Assembly: GCA_937896275.1 (NCBI GenBank)
Contig: CALBMW010000727.1
Span: 1-16,019, forward strand
Origin: an uncultured Myxococcales bacterium
GTDB taxonomy: Bacteria > Myxococcota_A > Bradymonadia > UBA7976 > UBA1532
Direction of reading: 5' to 3'
DNA: 16,019 bases
Notes under the pieces: generated by a model
Database searches by the model: none
What the model was told of the DNA's origin: nothing
Seen by the model: the letters and a program-made list of their open reading frames with translations, nothing else
Made by a program: the position numbers and the translations under genes
Shown here: piece by piece, positions 1 through 8,173 of the stretch
Layout: each line of letters begins with the position of its first letter
How positions within the stretch are numbered: the first letter of the stretch is position 1

Positions 1-127
1 GGCCTCGACCGGCAGCCCGGCACTGCACTCGGTCCGGATTTTGTGGGGAGGCTCTTGGGGCCACGGGCCTCCTCGGGGTCGACTCAACGGGCCAATAGCA
101 CCGCGCCCCGACGCTGACAACCGGCCG

Positions 128-1165
128 TCAGTGGATCGTCGGTGGGCGGCCGTCATAGGGGTCGTGCAGGCGCCGGGGCGCCTCGAGCTCATGGGCGACC
201 TCGATGTCGTCGGCCATGTCCACCGCCTCGTGGGATCGCATCACGTCGAGCCGCTGAGCCTTCTGGCGGCGCCGACGACGCCAGGCCAGCACCAACACCA
301 GCGCGCCCAGGCTCCACAGCGTGGTGGATCCGAAGATGACCGGGAGCCAGCCCCACCGCACCTTCAGCGCCGCCTGCCAGTCGGCCTCGATCGCCCCCAG
401 CGGACGTCCGAACGCGCTCTCGGTGGCGGTGGCGAAGTCCTCGTCACCGTCGCGCAGCCGCCCGAGCAGATCGCGAAAGCGCGCCGCGCCGAACTCGCCC
501 TCGAGGTAACCCACGAAGTGCACCGCCTCGGCGTAGGCCACGCCAGCCCGTGCCCCGGACGCGGGGAAGCCGGCCGACAGGTCCCGCAGCGGCAGCAGGG
601 CGTTCATCGTGGCCGCCTCGGTCAGCAGCCAGGCGCGCTGGAGCGAGAGACCCTCGGACTGCCGGATGGCGACCCCCTCGGAGAACCAGCGCGGGACGCG
701 GTCGGCGGACAGATCGCCCAGCGCGACGTGGCTGAGTTCATGGCGGAAGGTGGTCTCGAGCTGGTCAGGTCCCACCCCCACGTGGAGCAGGATGGCGCGC
801 TGAGCGGGGTAGGCCAGCCCTGCCGCCCACTCCGGCGGTCGGCCGCCATAGTGCGATCGCGCGAAGGCCAGCATCGCCTGCTCATCGCGCAGGATCGTCA
901 CGCGCGTCCGCCCGGCCGGCGCCTCGGCACCCAACTGCGCATAGATGCGCGCGTGCTGCGCCTCGGCGTCATCGACCAGCGTCCGCGCGAAGCCCTCGAG
1001 GCCGGGAGACCAGGCGAAGGCATAGTGTGCGGTCTGCGTGGCCTCGAGCTCCGGCGAGTCGTCCGCCGCGCGGACCGGGCGCGGGGCGGCCATCAGCAGC
1101 ACCGCGAGCACCGGCCAGGCGAGCGAGCACCTCGCGAGGGCGCGCAGCAGGCGGCCCATCCTCAC
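128..1165 (-). CDS. Exported, C-terminally membrane-anchored HExxH zinc metalloprotease (peptidase MA-like)
   Basis: 345-aa ORF. Signal-like N-terminus (RLLRALARCSLAWPVLAVLLMAAPRPVRA). HExxH motif in FRHELSHVALGD. Hydrophobic helix LPVIFGSTTLWSLGALVLVLAW followed by RRRRRQK and an acidic tail. The GTG at 1163-1165 overlaps the yggU stop (GTGA), with GGAG 5 nt upstream. An alternative ATG lies at 1157-1159. Family name is from memory of the Peptidase_MA_2 type and was not searched. Confidence 0.7.
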   Translation of the reverse strand: MRMGRLLRALARCSLAWPVLAVLLMAAPRPVRAADDSPELEATQTAHYAFAWSPGLEGFARTLVDDAEAQHARIYAQLGAEAPAGRTRVTILRDEQAMLAFARSHYGGRPPEWAAGLAYPAQRAILLHVGVGPDQLETTFRHELSHVALGDLSADRVPRWFSEGVAIRQSEGLSLQRAWLLTEAATMNALLPLRDLSAGFPASGARAGVAYAEAVHFVGYLEGEFGAARFRDLLGRLRDGDEDFATATESAFGRPLGAIEADWQAALKVRWGWLPVIFGSTTLWSLGALVLVLAWRRRRRQKAQRLDVMRSHEAVDMADDIEVAHELEAPRRLHDPYDGRPPTIH

Positions 1166-1470
1166 GACGGCTCCAATGCCCGCTCGAGGCGGGCCCGCAG
1201 CGTCTCCGGATCCAGGGTCTCGAAGGCCACCCGCTTGCTGCGCCCGGTCGCGCCCTGAACGATCAGCACCGACCGCGCCGGCACATCCATCAGCTTGGCG
1301 AAGAAGCGCGTCAGGGCCGCGTTGGCTGCCCCGTCGACTGGCGGCGCCCGCAGGGCGACCTTGAGCGCACCGTCGTGCAAACCGACGAGCCCCTCGCGCC
1401 GAGCCCGAGGTTGCACGCGGACGGCCACGACCGCCCCCGCGCCCCGCGCCTCGACGCGCGGCGCGCTCAC
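1162..1470 (-). CDS. yggU: YggU / DUF167 family protein
   Basis: The C-terminal 102 codons of track ORF 1162..2277 read VAVRVQPRARREGLVG...LKVALRAPPVDGAANAALTRFFAKLMDVPARSVLIVQGATGRSKRVAFE, the DUF167 pattern (PkA..., ApPvdGkAN, G..sr.K). The GTG at 1468-1470 overlaps the divIVA stop (GTGA). The upstream part of the track ORF is R/G/P-rich shadow sequence. Confidence 0.8.
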   Translation of the reverse strand: MSAPRVEARGAGAVVAVRVQPRARREGLVGLHDGALKVALRAPPVDGAANAALTRFFAKLMDVPARSVLIVQGATGRSKRVAFETLDPETLRARLERALEPS

Positions 1471-1952
1471 CGGCGCGCCTCCCGCGCCGGCTCCGCCTCG
1501 CGATCCATCTCTTCTTGGGTCTCGATGAGCCGCCGGTGACCCTCGATGATGCCGCGGACCTCGGCCATCAGGCGCGCCTTCTGCCGCCGCAGCCCCTGCG
1601 TCTCGTCGGCCAGCCGCACGACCTGCTCTTGAGCGTGCGACAGGATCTTGTCGGCCCGCAGCTCGGCCTCGGCCCGAATCAGCTCGGCCTCCTTGCGCGC
1701 GCTCTCCTTGATCTCGTCGGTCATCCGCCCAGCCTGCACCAGCGCCTCGCGCAGCTGCGCCTCGTTGCCGCGGAACTCCGCGAGCTGCTGCTCTCGCTTG
1801 CGAATCTCCTCTTTGAAGTGGTTGTTCTCGCGGATCATCTCCTCCATCTCGCGCGATACGAGATCGAGGAAGGTGTGCACCTGCTCCGGATCGCACCCGC
1901 GGAACACCCGCTGGAACTGCTGCTGATCGACCTCGAGCGGCGTGATCTTCAC
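1467..1952 (-). CDS. divIVA: DivIVA-domain protein
   Basis: 161 aa. The N-terminus MKITPLEVDQQQFQRVFRGCDPEQVHTFLDLV matches the DivIVA lipid-binding head (TPLdi..keF...fRGYd..eVd.FLd.v). It is followed by a heptad-rich coiled coil. The GTG start at 1950-1952 overlaps the proC stop (GTGA). Confidence 0.85.
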   Translation of the reverse strand: MKITPLEVDQQQFQRVFRGCDPEQVHTFLDLVSREMEEMIRENNHFKEEIRKREQQLAEFRGNEAQLREALVQAGRMTDEIKESARKEAELIRAEAELRADKILSHAQEQVVRLADETQGLRRQKARLMAEVRGIIEGHRRLIETQEEMDREAEPAREARR

Positions 1953-2740
1953 GTCGTCTCCAACTCCTCGGACCGCTTGGTCGCGGCGCCCACCGCCTCG
2001 ATGAGCGCCGCGCGCAGTGCGTGGCGCTCGAGCACCGCGAGCCCCGCGATCGTGGTGCCCCCGGGCGAGGCCACCGCGTCCTTGAGGGCGGCCGGGTGCT
2101 CCCCCGTCTCGAAGGCCATCGCGCCCGCCCCACGCACCGCGGCCGCAGCGAGGCGCAGCGCGGTCGCTCGTGGCATCCCTGCCGCCACCGCGCCATCGGC
2201 CATCGCCTCGATGGCCACGAACAAGAAGGCCGGGCCGCTGCCGACCAGCGCCGTGCCGGCATGAAAGAGCCGCTCATCGGCGACCCTCTCCGCGATGCCG
2301 ACGGCCCCGAAGAGGGTGCAGACGCGCTCCACGTCCTCGACGCGATCGGCCGGCCCCGACAGCACGAGGGTCGCCCCCTGCCCCACGCGGCAGGCGATGT
2401 TCGGCATGGTCCGCACCACGCGGGCGGGTGACGCGGCCAGCTCGAGCCGGCGCCGCGAGACGCCGGCCGCCACCGAGATGACCAGCTGTTCGGGTGTGAA
2501 GGTCAGATCAGCGAGCGCCGCGTCCACTTGCGTCGGCTTGACCGCCAGGACGATCAGCTCCGCCGAGGCCGCCACCTGTTCCCGCGTCGAAGCGGTCACG
2601 CCCAGCCGGGCGGCGGTCTGCGCGCCGCTCTGACGGGCAGCGACCAGCACCTCGTCAGGGCGCATCAGGCCGCGGTCCAGCCACCCCGCGAGCAGCGCCT
2701 GCCCCAGCTTGCCGCAGCCCAGGAAACCGATCCGCCGCAT
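1949..2740 (-). CDS. proC: Pyrroline-5-carboxylate reductase
   Basis: 263 aa from the ATG at 2738-2740. Contains the Rossmann motif IGFLGCGKLGQAL and ProC-typical MPNIACRVGQGAT, GSGPAFLF and SPGGTTIAGL. GGGAG lies upstream of the ATG. The track ORF 1949..3421 is an unsupported 5' extension. Confidence 0.9.
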   Translation of the reverse strand: MRRIGFLGCGKLGQALLAGWLDRGLMRPDEVLVAARQSGAQTAARLGVTASTREQVAASAELIVLAVKPTQVDAALADLTFTPEQLVISVAAGVSRRRLELAASPARVVRTMPNIACRVGQGATLVLSGPADRVEDVERVCTLFGAVGIAERVADERLFHAGTALVGSGPAFLFVAIEAMADGAVAAGMPRATALRLAAAAVRGAGAMAFETGEHPAALKDAVASPGGTTIAGLAVLERHALRAALIEAVGAATKRSEELETT

Positions 2741-2764
2741 CCCACGCTCCCATCCAGGCGCCCC

Positions 2765-2793
2765 AGCGTAGGAGCTTGATTCCCGCGAAGCAA
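2765..2793 (-). promoter_or_regulatory. Candidate sigma70-type promoter for proC-divIVA-yggU-protease
   Basis: The minus strand reads TTGCTT (2793-2788), a 17-nt spacer, then TACGCT (2770-2765), about 24 nt upstream of the proC ATG. Pattern match only. Confidence 0.3.
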
Positions 2794-2915
2794 CCGAGCG
2801 CGGGGCGGCCGCGGACGGCGCGCCAGGGCGCGAAGCCGCGGCGGCGCGGGGAAACACCGGCCGGCAGAACGGTGCTGCGCGACGCGGCGCGATCTTTCTC
2901 TTGGGGCGGAGGCGC

Positions 2916-4175
2916 TCAGCGCTGCCCGAACAGGGCCGTGCCCACGCGCACGTGCGTCGCGCCTTCCGCGATCGCTGCCGGAAAGTCGTCGGACATGCCG
3001 ATCGACAGGGACGCCAAGGGTCGATCGGGGCGGGCGTGGGCGTCGCGCAGCATCCGGAGCGCCGCGAAACGTCGCCGCGTGGCGGCCAGGCCATCGGGGG
3101 GAGGCACCGCCATGAGGCCGTCGACCTGCAGGCCATCGATGTCAGCGAGCGCCGCCAGCAGCGCCCCGAGCGCAGCCGGCTCGACCCCGCTCTTGGTGTC
3201 CTCGGCGCCGATATTGACCTGCACGAGCGCGCGGACGGGCAGGCCCGACGCCCGGCGCGCCAACTCGGCCCCGAGCGCCACGTTGTCCAGGCCGTGCACC
3301 AGGTGCACCCGCCCCGCGACGTGCTTCGCCTTGTTGCGTTGAAGGTGGCCGATGAAGTGCCAGCGCGGCCGTTCACCGAGCTGCGCCGCCTTGTCGCGCC
3401 ACTCCTGGACGTAGTTCTCACCCAGATCGACCAGCCCGGCGTCGAGGGCCGCGGTCAGCCGCTCCACGGGCTGCGCCTTGCTCGCGCCCACCAGCGTCAC
3501 CGACGCGGCCGGCCGCCCCGCCGCCTGCGCGGCCGCCGCAATCCGCCCACGGATCACCGCCAGGCGGGCGGCGACGGGGCTACCGAAGGGCGGCAGGGCG
3601 CCCACCTCGACCAGGGCCTCGAGCACCTCGGCCAGCGGCAGCCCCACGACCCCGTCATAGCTGCCCTCCACGGCGTCCACCAACGCGCCCCCGCCGCCCT
3701 GCACCCCATAGGCGCCGGCCTTGTCGAGCGGATCGCCGGTGGCCACGTAGGCACAGAGGGCCTCCTCCGAGAGCGGCGCGAAGGTCACCTCGCTCACCGT
3801 CTCGCCCAGCCGGGGCGCCGCCGCGCCGCTCGCCAGCGCGAAGGCCGTCACCACCTGGTGACGTCGGCCCGCCAGGCGGCGCAGCATCGCGCGCGCCTCG
3901 TCCGGGTCCGCCGGCTTGCCGAGGATGTCGCCCTCCACGGTGACCACGGTGTCGCTCGCCAGCACCCAGCGTGGATCCTCGGCACGCCGGGCCCCGACCC
4001 CGGCCGCGGCTTTCTCGACCGCCATGCGCCGGGCGAAGTCCACCGGCGCCTCGCCCGCCGCAGGCACCTCGGCGACATCGACCGGGCGCACGACCGAGCG
4101 CACCCCGGCCGCCTCGAGCATCACGCGCCGTCGCGGCGACCCCGACGCCAACACCAAGTCAAACGGCACGCTCAT
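2916..4175 (-). CDS. maf-yggS: Fusion protein: N-terminal Maf nucleoside-triphosphate pyrophosphatase + C-terminal YggS/YlmE PLP-binding protein
   Basis: 419 aa from the ATG at 4173-4175, with GAGGAGGGG just upstream. Residues 1-200 carry Maf signatures (LVLASGSPRRR, DKAGAYGVQG). Residues 201-419 carry YggS signatures (PLP lysine context LVGASKAQP, GENYVQE, HFIGHLQRNK, SIGMSDDF). There is no stop in the shared frame. The junction codon at 3573-3575 is GTC, which is not a start. Confidence 0.8.
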   Translation of the reverse strand: MSVPFDLVLASGSPRRRVMLEAAGVRSVVRPVDVAEVPAAGEAPVDFARRMAVEKAAAGVGARRAEDPRWVLASDTVVTVEGDILGKPADPDEARAMLRRLAGRRHQVVTAFALASGAAAPRLGETVSEVTFAPLSEEALCAYVATGDPLDKAGAYGVQGGGGALVDAVEGSYDGVVGLPLAEVLEALVEVGALPPFGSPVAARLAVIRGRIAAAAQAAGRPAASVTLVGASKAQPVERLTAALDAGLVDLGENYVQEWRDKAAQLGERPRWHFIGHLQRNKAKHVAGRVHLVHGLDNVALGAELARRASGLPVRALVQVNIGAEDTKSGVEPAALGALLAALADIDGLQVDGLMAVPPPDGLAATRRRFAALRMLRDAHARPDRPLASLSIGMSDDFPAAIAEGATHVRVGTALFGQR

Positions 4176-4240
4176 GTCCCCTCCTCGCCCGGTACGCCTC
4201 TGCGCCGATGAAAAACCCAGCAAAACAGCAACCACCGCCG

Positions 4241-4270
4241 TTGACAGTCTGCTCTTTCGTTCAGTAAGGT
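4241..4270 (+). promoter_or_regulatory. Candidate lexA promoter
   Basis: Perfect -35 TTGACA (4241-4246), an 18-nt spacer, then -10 TAAGGT (4265-4270). A-tracts lie upstream at 4210-4230 and look like an UP element. Confidence 0.45.
4249..4265. promoter_or_regulatory. Candidate LexA box 1 (myxobacterial type)
   Basis: CTGCTCTTTCGTTCAGT matches 14 of 17 positions of the Myxococcus xanthus SOS box CTRHAMRYBYGTTCAGS (recalled consensus). The GTTCAG arm is perfect. The site lies in the -35/-10 spacer. Confidence 0.5.
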
Positions 4271-4280
4271 CTCAACGCAC

Positions 4281-4297
4281 ATGAAAAAACGTTCAGT
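4281..4297. promoter_or_regulatory. Candidate LexA box 2
   Basis: ATGAAAAAACGTTCAGT has the same CGTTCAGT arm, 32 bp downstream of the copy in box 1 (4258-4265 vs 4290-4297). The left arm is weaker (aTGAAa vs CTGAAC-like). It sits just after the predicted transcription start. Confidence 0.3.
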
Positions 4298-4332
4298 GAC
4301 ACTCGCGCGGCGTCACCCGCGCGTGGCGCTCA

Positions 4333-4356
4333 CCGAACGATCCCGACCGAACGATC
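4333..4356 (+). repeat. Tandem direct repeat CCGAACGATC x2 in the lexA leader
   Basis: CCGAACGATC at 4333-4342 and again at 4347-4356, separated by CCGA. It ends at the AAGGA ribosome-binding site (4357-4361). Confidence 0.8.
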
Positions 4357-4369
4357 AAGGACGGTGCTC

Positions 4370-5008
4370 ATGAAGGGCCTCACAGAGCGACAGCAGCAGA
4401 TCCTCGACTTCATCACCGCCTCGATCGCCGGGCGCGGCTACCCGCCGACCATCCGCGAGATCGGCAAGCACATGGGCATCAAGTCCACCAACGGGGTCAA
4501 CGATCATCTCAAGGCGCTCGAGCGCAAGGGCGCGCTGCGGCGGGACGACCTCAAGAGCCGCGCGATGCGCCCGATGAACGTCGACGAAGAAGTGATCGAC
4601 ATCGTCGAGATCCCCATCCTGGGCCGCGTCGCCGCTGGCCAGCCCATCCTCGCCAACGGCGCCGAGATGCACGACGCCGAAGACACCGTCCGCATCGACC
4701 GCATGCTCGTCGGACGGGGCGAAGGCCTCTTCGGGCTGCGCATCGTGGGCGACTCGATGATCGAGGATGGCATCCTCGACGGAGACTACGTCTTCGTTCG
4801 CAAGGCGCCCACCGCGTCCAAGGGCGCGATCGTCGTGGTGCTCATCGACGGCGAGGCCACCTGCAAGCGCTACTTCCCCGAGGGCGACAGCATCCGGTTT
4901 CAACCCGCCAACGCCGCGATGGCCCCGATCTACGTGCACCAGCGGGACTTCCGTCAGACGATGATCCTCGGCGAGGTGGTCGGGGTGTACCGACGCCTGG
5001 CGCACTGA
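4370..5008 (+). CDS. lexA: LexA repressor
   Basis: Winged-helix N-terminus ([12 protein letters not shown]...[10 protein letters not shown]). Ala-Gly cleavage site in RVAAGQP. Catalytic Ser in GDSM and Lys in ATCKRYF. ATG at 4370 with AAGGA 8 nt upstream. The track start (GTG 4364) is possible but less likely. Confidence 0.92.
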   Translation: MKGLTERQQQILDFITASIAGRGYPPTIREIGKHMGIKSTNGVNDHLKALERKGALRRDDLKSRAMRPMNVDEEVIDIVEIPILGRVAAGQPILANGAEMHDAEDTVRIDRMLVGRGEGLFGLRIVGDSMIEDGILDGDYVFVRKAPTASKGAIVVVLIDGEATCKRYFPEGDSIRFQPANAAMAPIYVHQRDFRQTMILGEVVGVYRRLAH

Positions 5009-5150
5009 GAGGCGTCCGACCCGCCCGACCGTGGCCGGGCTCCTAGACGCGGCGCCGTGCGTGCCGACCCACCATCGCGCGCCCGCTGCGCAACCCACCC
5101 CGCGACGAGGTCGCCTCGGCGACGCAGCTGCACGCCCGCGTGCACGTTCT

Positions 5151-5177
5151 CCAGCACTCGCCGGCCGCGAGTGCTGG
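5151..5177. promoter_or_regulatory. CIRCE-like inverted repeat (HrcA operator type)
   Basis: CCAGCACTC-N9-GAGTGCTGG is a perfect 9+9 inverted repeat with a 9-nt spacer. It matches the core of the CIRCE consensus TTAGCACTC-N9-GAGTGCTAA at 14 of 18 positions, with GCACTC/GAGTGC intact. It lies upstream of groES. Confidence 0.65.
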
Positions 5178-5266
5178 CACTCTCCCCGCGAGACTGCCAG
5201 ACGCACCTGCATTTCCTTTGATATTTCAGCAACTTCTCGACGCAGAAAAAAAACGTCCCCGGGTGG

Positions 5267-5294
5267 TTGACAGCCCGGCGCGAGCGCTTACATT
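5267..5294 (+). promoter_or_regulatory. Candidate sigma70-type groESL promoter
   Basis: Perfect -35 TTGACA (5267-5272), a 16-nt spacer, then -10 TACATT (5289-5294). It is preceded by the most AT-rich tract in the window (5211-5256), which includes an A8 run at 5246-5253 and looks like an UP element. Confidence 0.5.
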
Positions 5295-5409
5295 CACTGC
5301 CGCTCGCGGTTGGCCGCGAAACGGATTCATCCATGCCGCCTGGTGGCGGCGCCCCGGAATCGTGGGCGGCACCTCAGAACGGCGACACCCTTTGCAGCGG
5401 GAGCACACC

Positions 5410-5700
5410 ATGAAGATCAGGCCCTTGTACGATCGCATCATCGTCAAGCGGATCGAAGCGGAGACCACCAGCAAGGGTGGCATCATCATCCCCGACAACG
5501 CCAAGGAGAAGCCCATCGAGGGCGAGGTCATCGCCGTCGGCAATGGCAAGATCCTCGACGACGGGTCCGTGCGCGCGCTCGAGGTGAAGGCCGGCGACCG
5601 CATCCTGTTCGGCAAGTACAGCGGGACCGAGATCAAGGTCAGCGGCGAAGAGCACCTCATCCTGCGCGAGGACGAAGTCCTTGCGATCGTCGAACGCTAA
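5410..5700 (+). CDS. groES: Co-chaperonin GroES
   Basis: 96 aa, [46 protein letters not shown]..., a canonical Cpn10. GGGAG lies 6 nt upstream of the ATG. The track ORF starting at 5140 is an unsupported extension. Confidence 0.95.
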   Translation: MKIRPLYDRIIVKRIEAETTSKGGIIIPDNAKEKPIEGEVIAVGNGKILDDGSVRALEVKAGDRILFGKYSGTEIKVSGEEHLILREDEVLAIVER

Positions 5701-5709
5701 AGGACTTAG

Positions 5710-7356
<1,647 letters not shown>

Positions 7357-7376
7357 TCGGCGCGCCCTGAAGCGAT

Positions 7377-7437
7377 GACCCCTCTGCGGGGTCGTCGCCG
7401 CGAAAGCCTCGGCTCCGGCCGGGGCTTTCGTCGTTTC
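7377..7437 (+). terminator. groESL terminator region (two hairpins)
   Basis: Hairpin 1 is GACCCC-tctgc-GGGGTC (7377-7393). Hairpin 2 has a 13-bp stem, CGAAAGCCTCGGC / GCCGGGGCTTTCG, with one G-U pair and a tccg loop (7401-7430). It is followed by TCGTTTC. Confidence 0.65.
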
Positions 7438-7446
7438 AGGACCCTC

Positions 7447-7483
7447 CCCACAAGGTCGCTCGGCTCGATCCGACCCGTGTGGG
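7447..7483 (-). terminator. Possible terminator hairpin after the PilZ gene
   Basis: CCCACA..GGTCG...CGACC..TGTGGG forms a two-segment stem 19 nt past the stop at 7502. There is no U-tract, so this is weak. Confidence 0.25.
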
Positions 7484-7501
7484 AATGATCTCGGGCGACC
7501 G

Positions 7502-8173
7502 TCAATCGACGAAGAGCGCGCCGAGCGGATCGGCCTGACCGTGCAGCGGGCTGTCGACCAATCCACCGAGGAGCAGGTGCAGCCACAGCAGAAGATCGGC
7601 GTCGCTGGCGGGCCGGCAGCGGACAGCCGCGCCCGTGCCACGGCGCGCGACGACATGACCGTCGAGCTGCACCTGGGCGCCGTCCTCGAGCGCGACCCGG
7701 ACCGCGACCGAGGCGCCCTCCAGGAGCCCCTCCGGCATCGGATCGACCCACAGCCCGTAGAGCGAGACGTCGAGCGAGCGGCTCTGCGCGCCGTCGATGG
7801 TGACCGCCAGATCGGCCCGGACGCGCGGATGCCGACGCAGGTTCGACGGGTGGCTGAGCACCTCGCGGACGTGGTGCGCCATCACCTCAGGTTTGTCGGG
7901 CAGCAGCCGTAACACAGCGGGCGGCAAGGACAATTCGGCCGGCGCGACCGCCAGCACGGGCACCAGCGCGGTGTCGTGCGCCGCCAGCGCGGCCTGGCCC
8001 GGAGGCTTGCGCGCGTCGAGCACCAGCAGCCCCCGACCGTCGTAGACCGCGACCGCGACCGCCTGCAGATCCGCCGCCGGGGCACGGCGAACGGCCACCC
8101 CCGCCTGGAGCAACTCGCCCTCGAGCGTCGCCAGCTCGTCGGTCCTACCCAGAATCCAGACCGTCGGTGTCAT
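7502..8173 (-). CDS. Receiver-like domain + PilZ domain protein (putative c-di-GMP receptor)
   Basis: 223 aa. Residues ~1-105 have receiver-like alternating strand/helix patterning, with the acceptor-position Asp in LLVLDARKPPG and the conserved Lys in LLPDKP. Residues ~110-200 carry both PilZ signatures: RRHPR (RxxxR, 7823-7837) and DVSLYG (DxSxxG, 7754-7771), 17 aa apart. The ATG at 8171-8173 overlaps the upstream stop (ATGA). Confidence 0.75.
   Translation of the reverse strand: MTPTVWILGRTDELATLEGELLQAGVAVRRAPAADLQAVAVAVYDGRGLLVLDARKPPGQAALAAHDTALVPVLAVAPAELSLPPAVLRLLPDKPEVMAHHVREVLSHPSNLRRHPRVRADLAVTIDGAQSRSLDVSLYGLWVDPMPEGLLEGASVAVRVALEDGAQVQLDGHVVARRGTGAAVRCRPASDADLLLWLHLLLGGLVDSPLHGQADPLGALFVD

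Noticed and set aside
45-78. 8-bp hairpin GGGGAGGC...GCCTCCTC downstream of the protease gene
   Set aside because: I considered it as a terminator. The T-run (ATTTTG) lies on the wrong side of the stem for either strand, so it does not fit an intrinsic terminator.
41-1258. 405-aa plus-strand ORF
   Set aside because: It is antisense to the HExxH protease and yggU. The product is Arg/Gly/Pro-rich with no motifs. The G/C-ending codon pattern fits the minus-strand frames, so this is a high-GC shadow ORF.
1949-3421. 490-aa version of the proC ORF, with similar 5' extensions of yggU (to 2277), maf-yggS (to 4235), groES (from 5140), barrel B (to 14129) and barrel A (to 14158)
   Set aside because: The extensions run through intergenic DNA or other genes in a different frame, add only Arg/Ala/Pro-rich sequence, and bypass start codons that have ribosome-binding sites, signal peptides or family-typical N-termini.
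4230-4239. The 10-mer AACCACCGCC, preceded by an A-tract, is shared between the lexA upstream region and the ftsY/barrel intergenic region (14153-14162)
   Set aside because: This is a single short match in GC-rich DNA. It is not statistically compelling, and there is no symmetry or consistent position relative to promoters.
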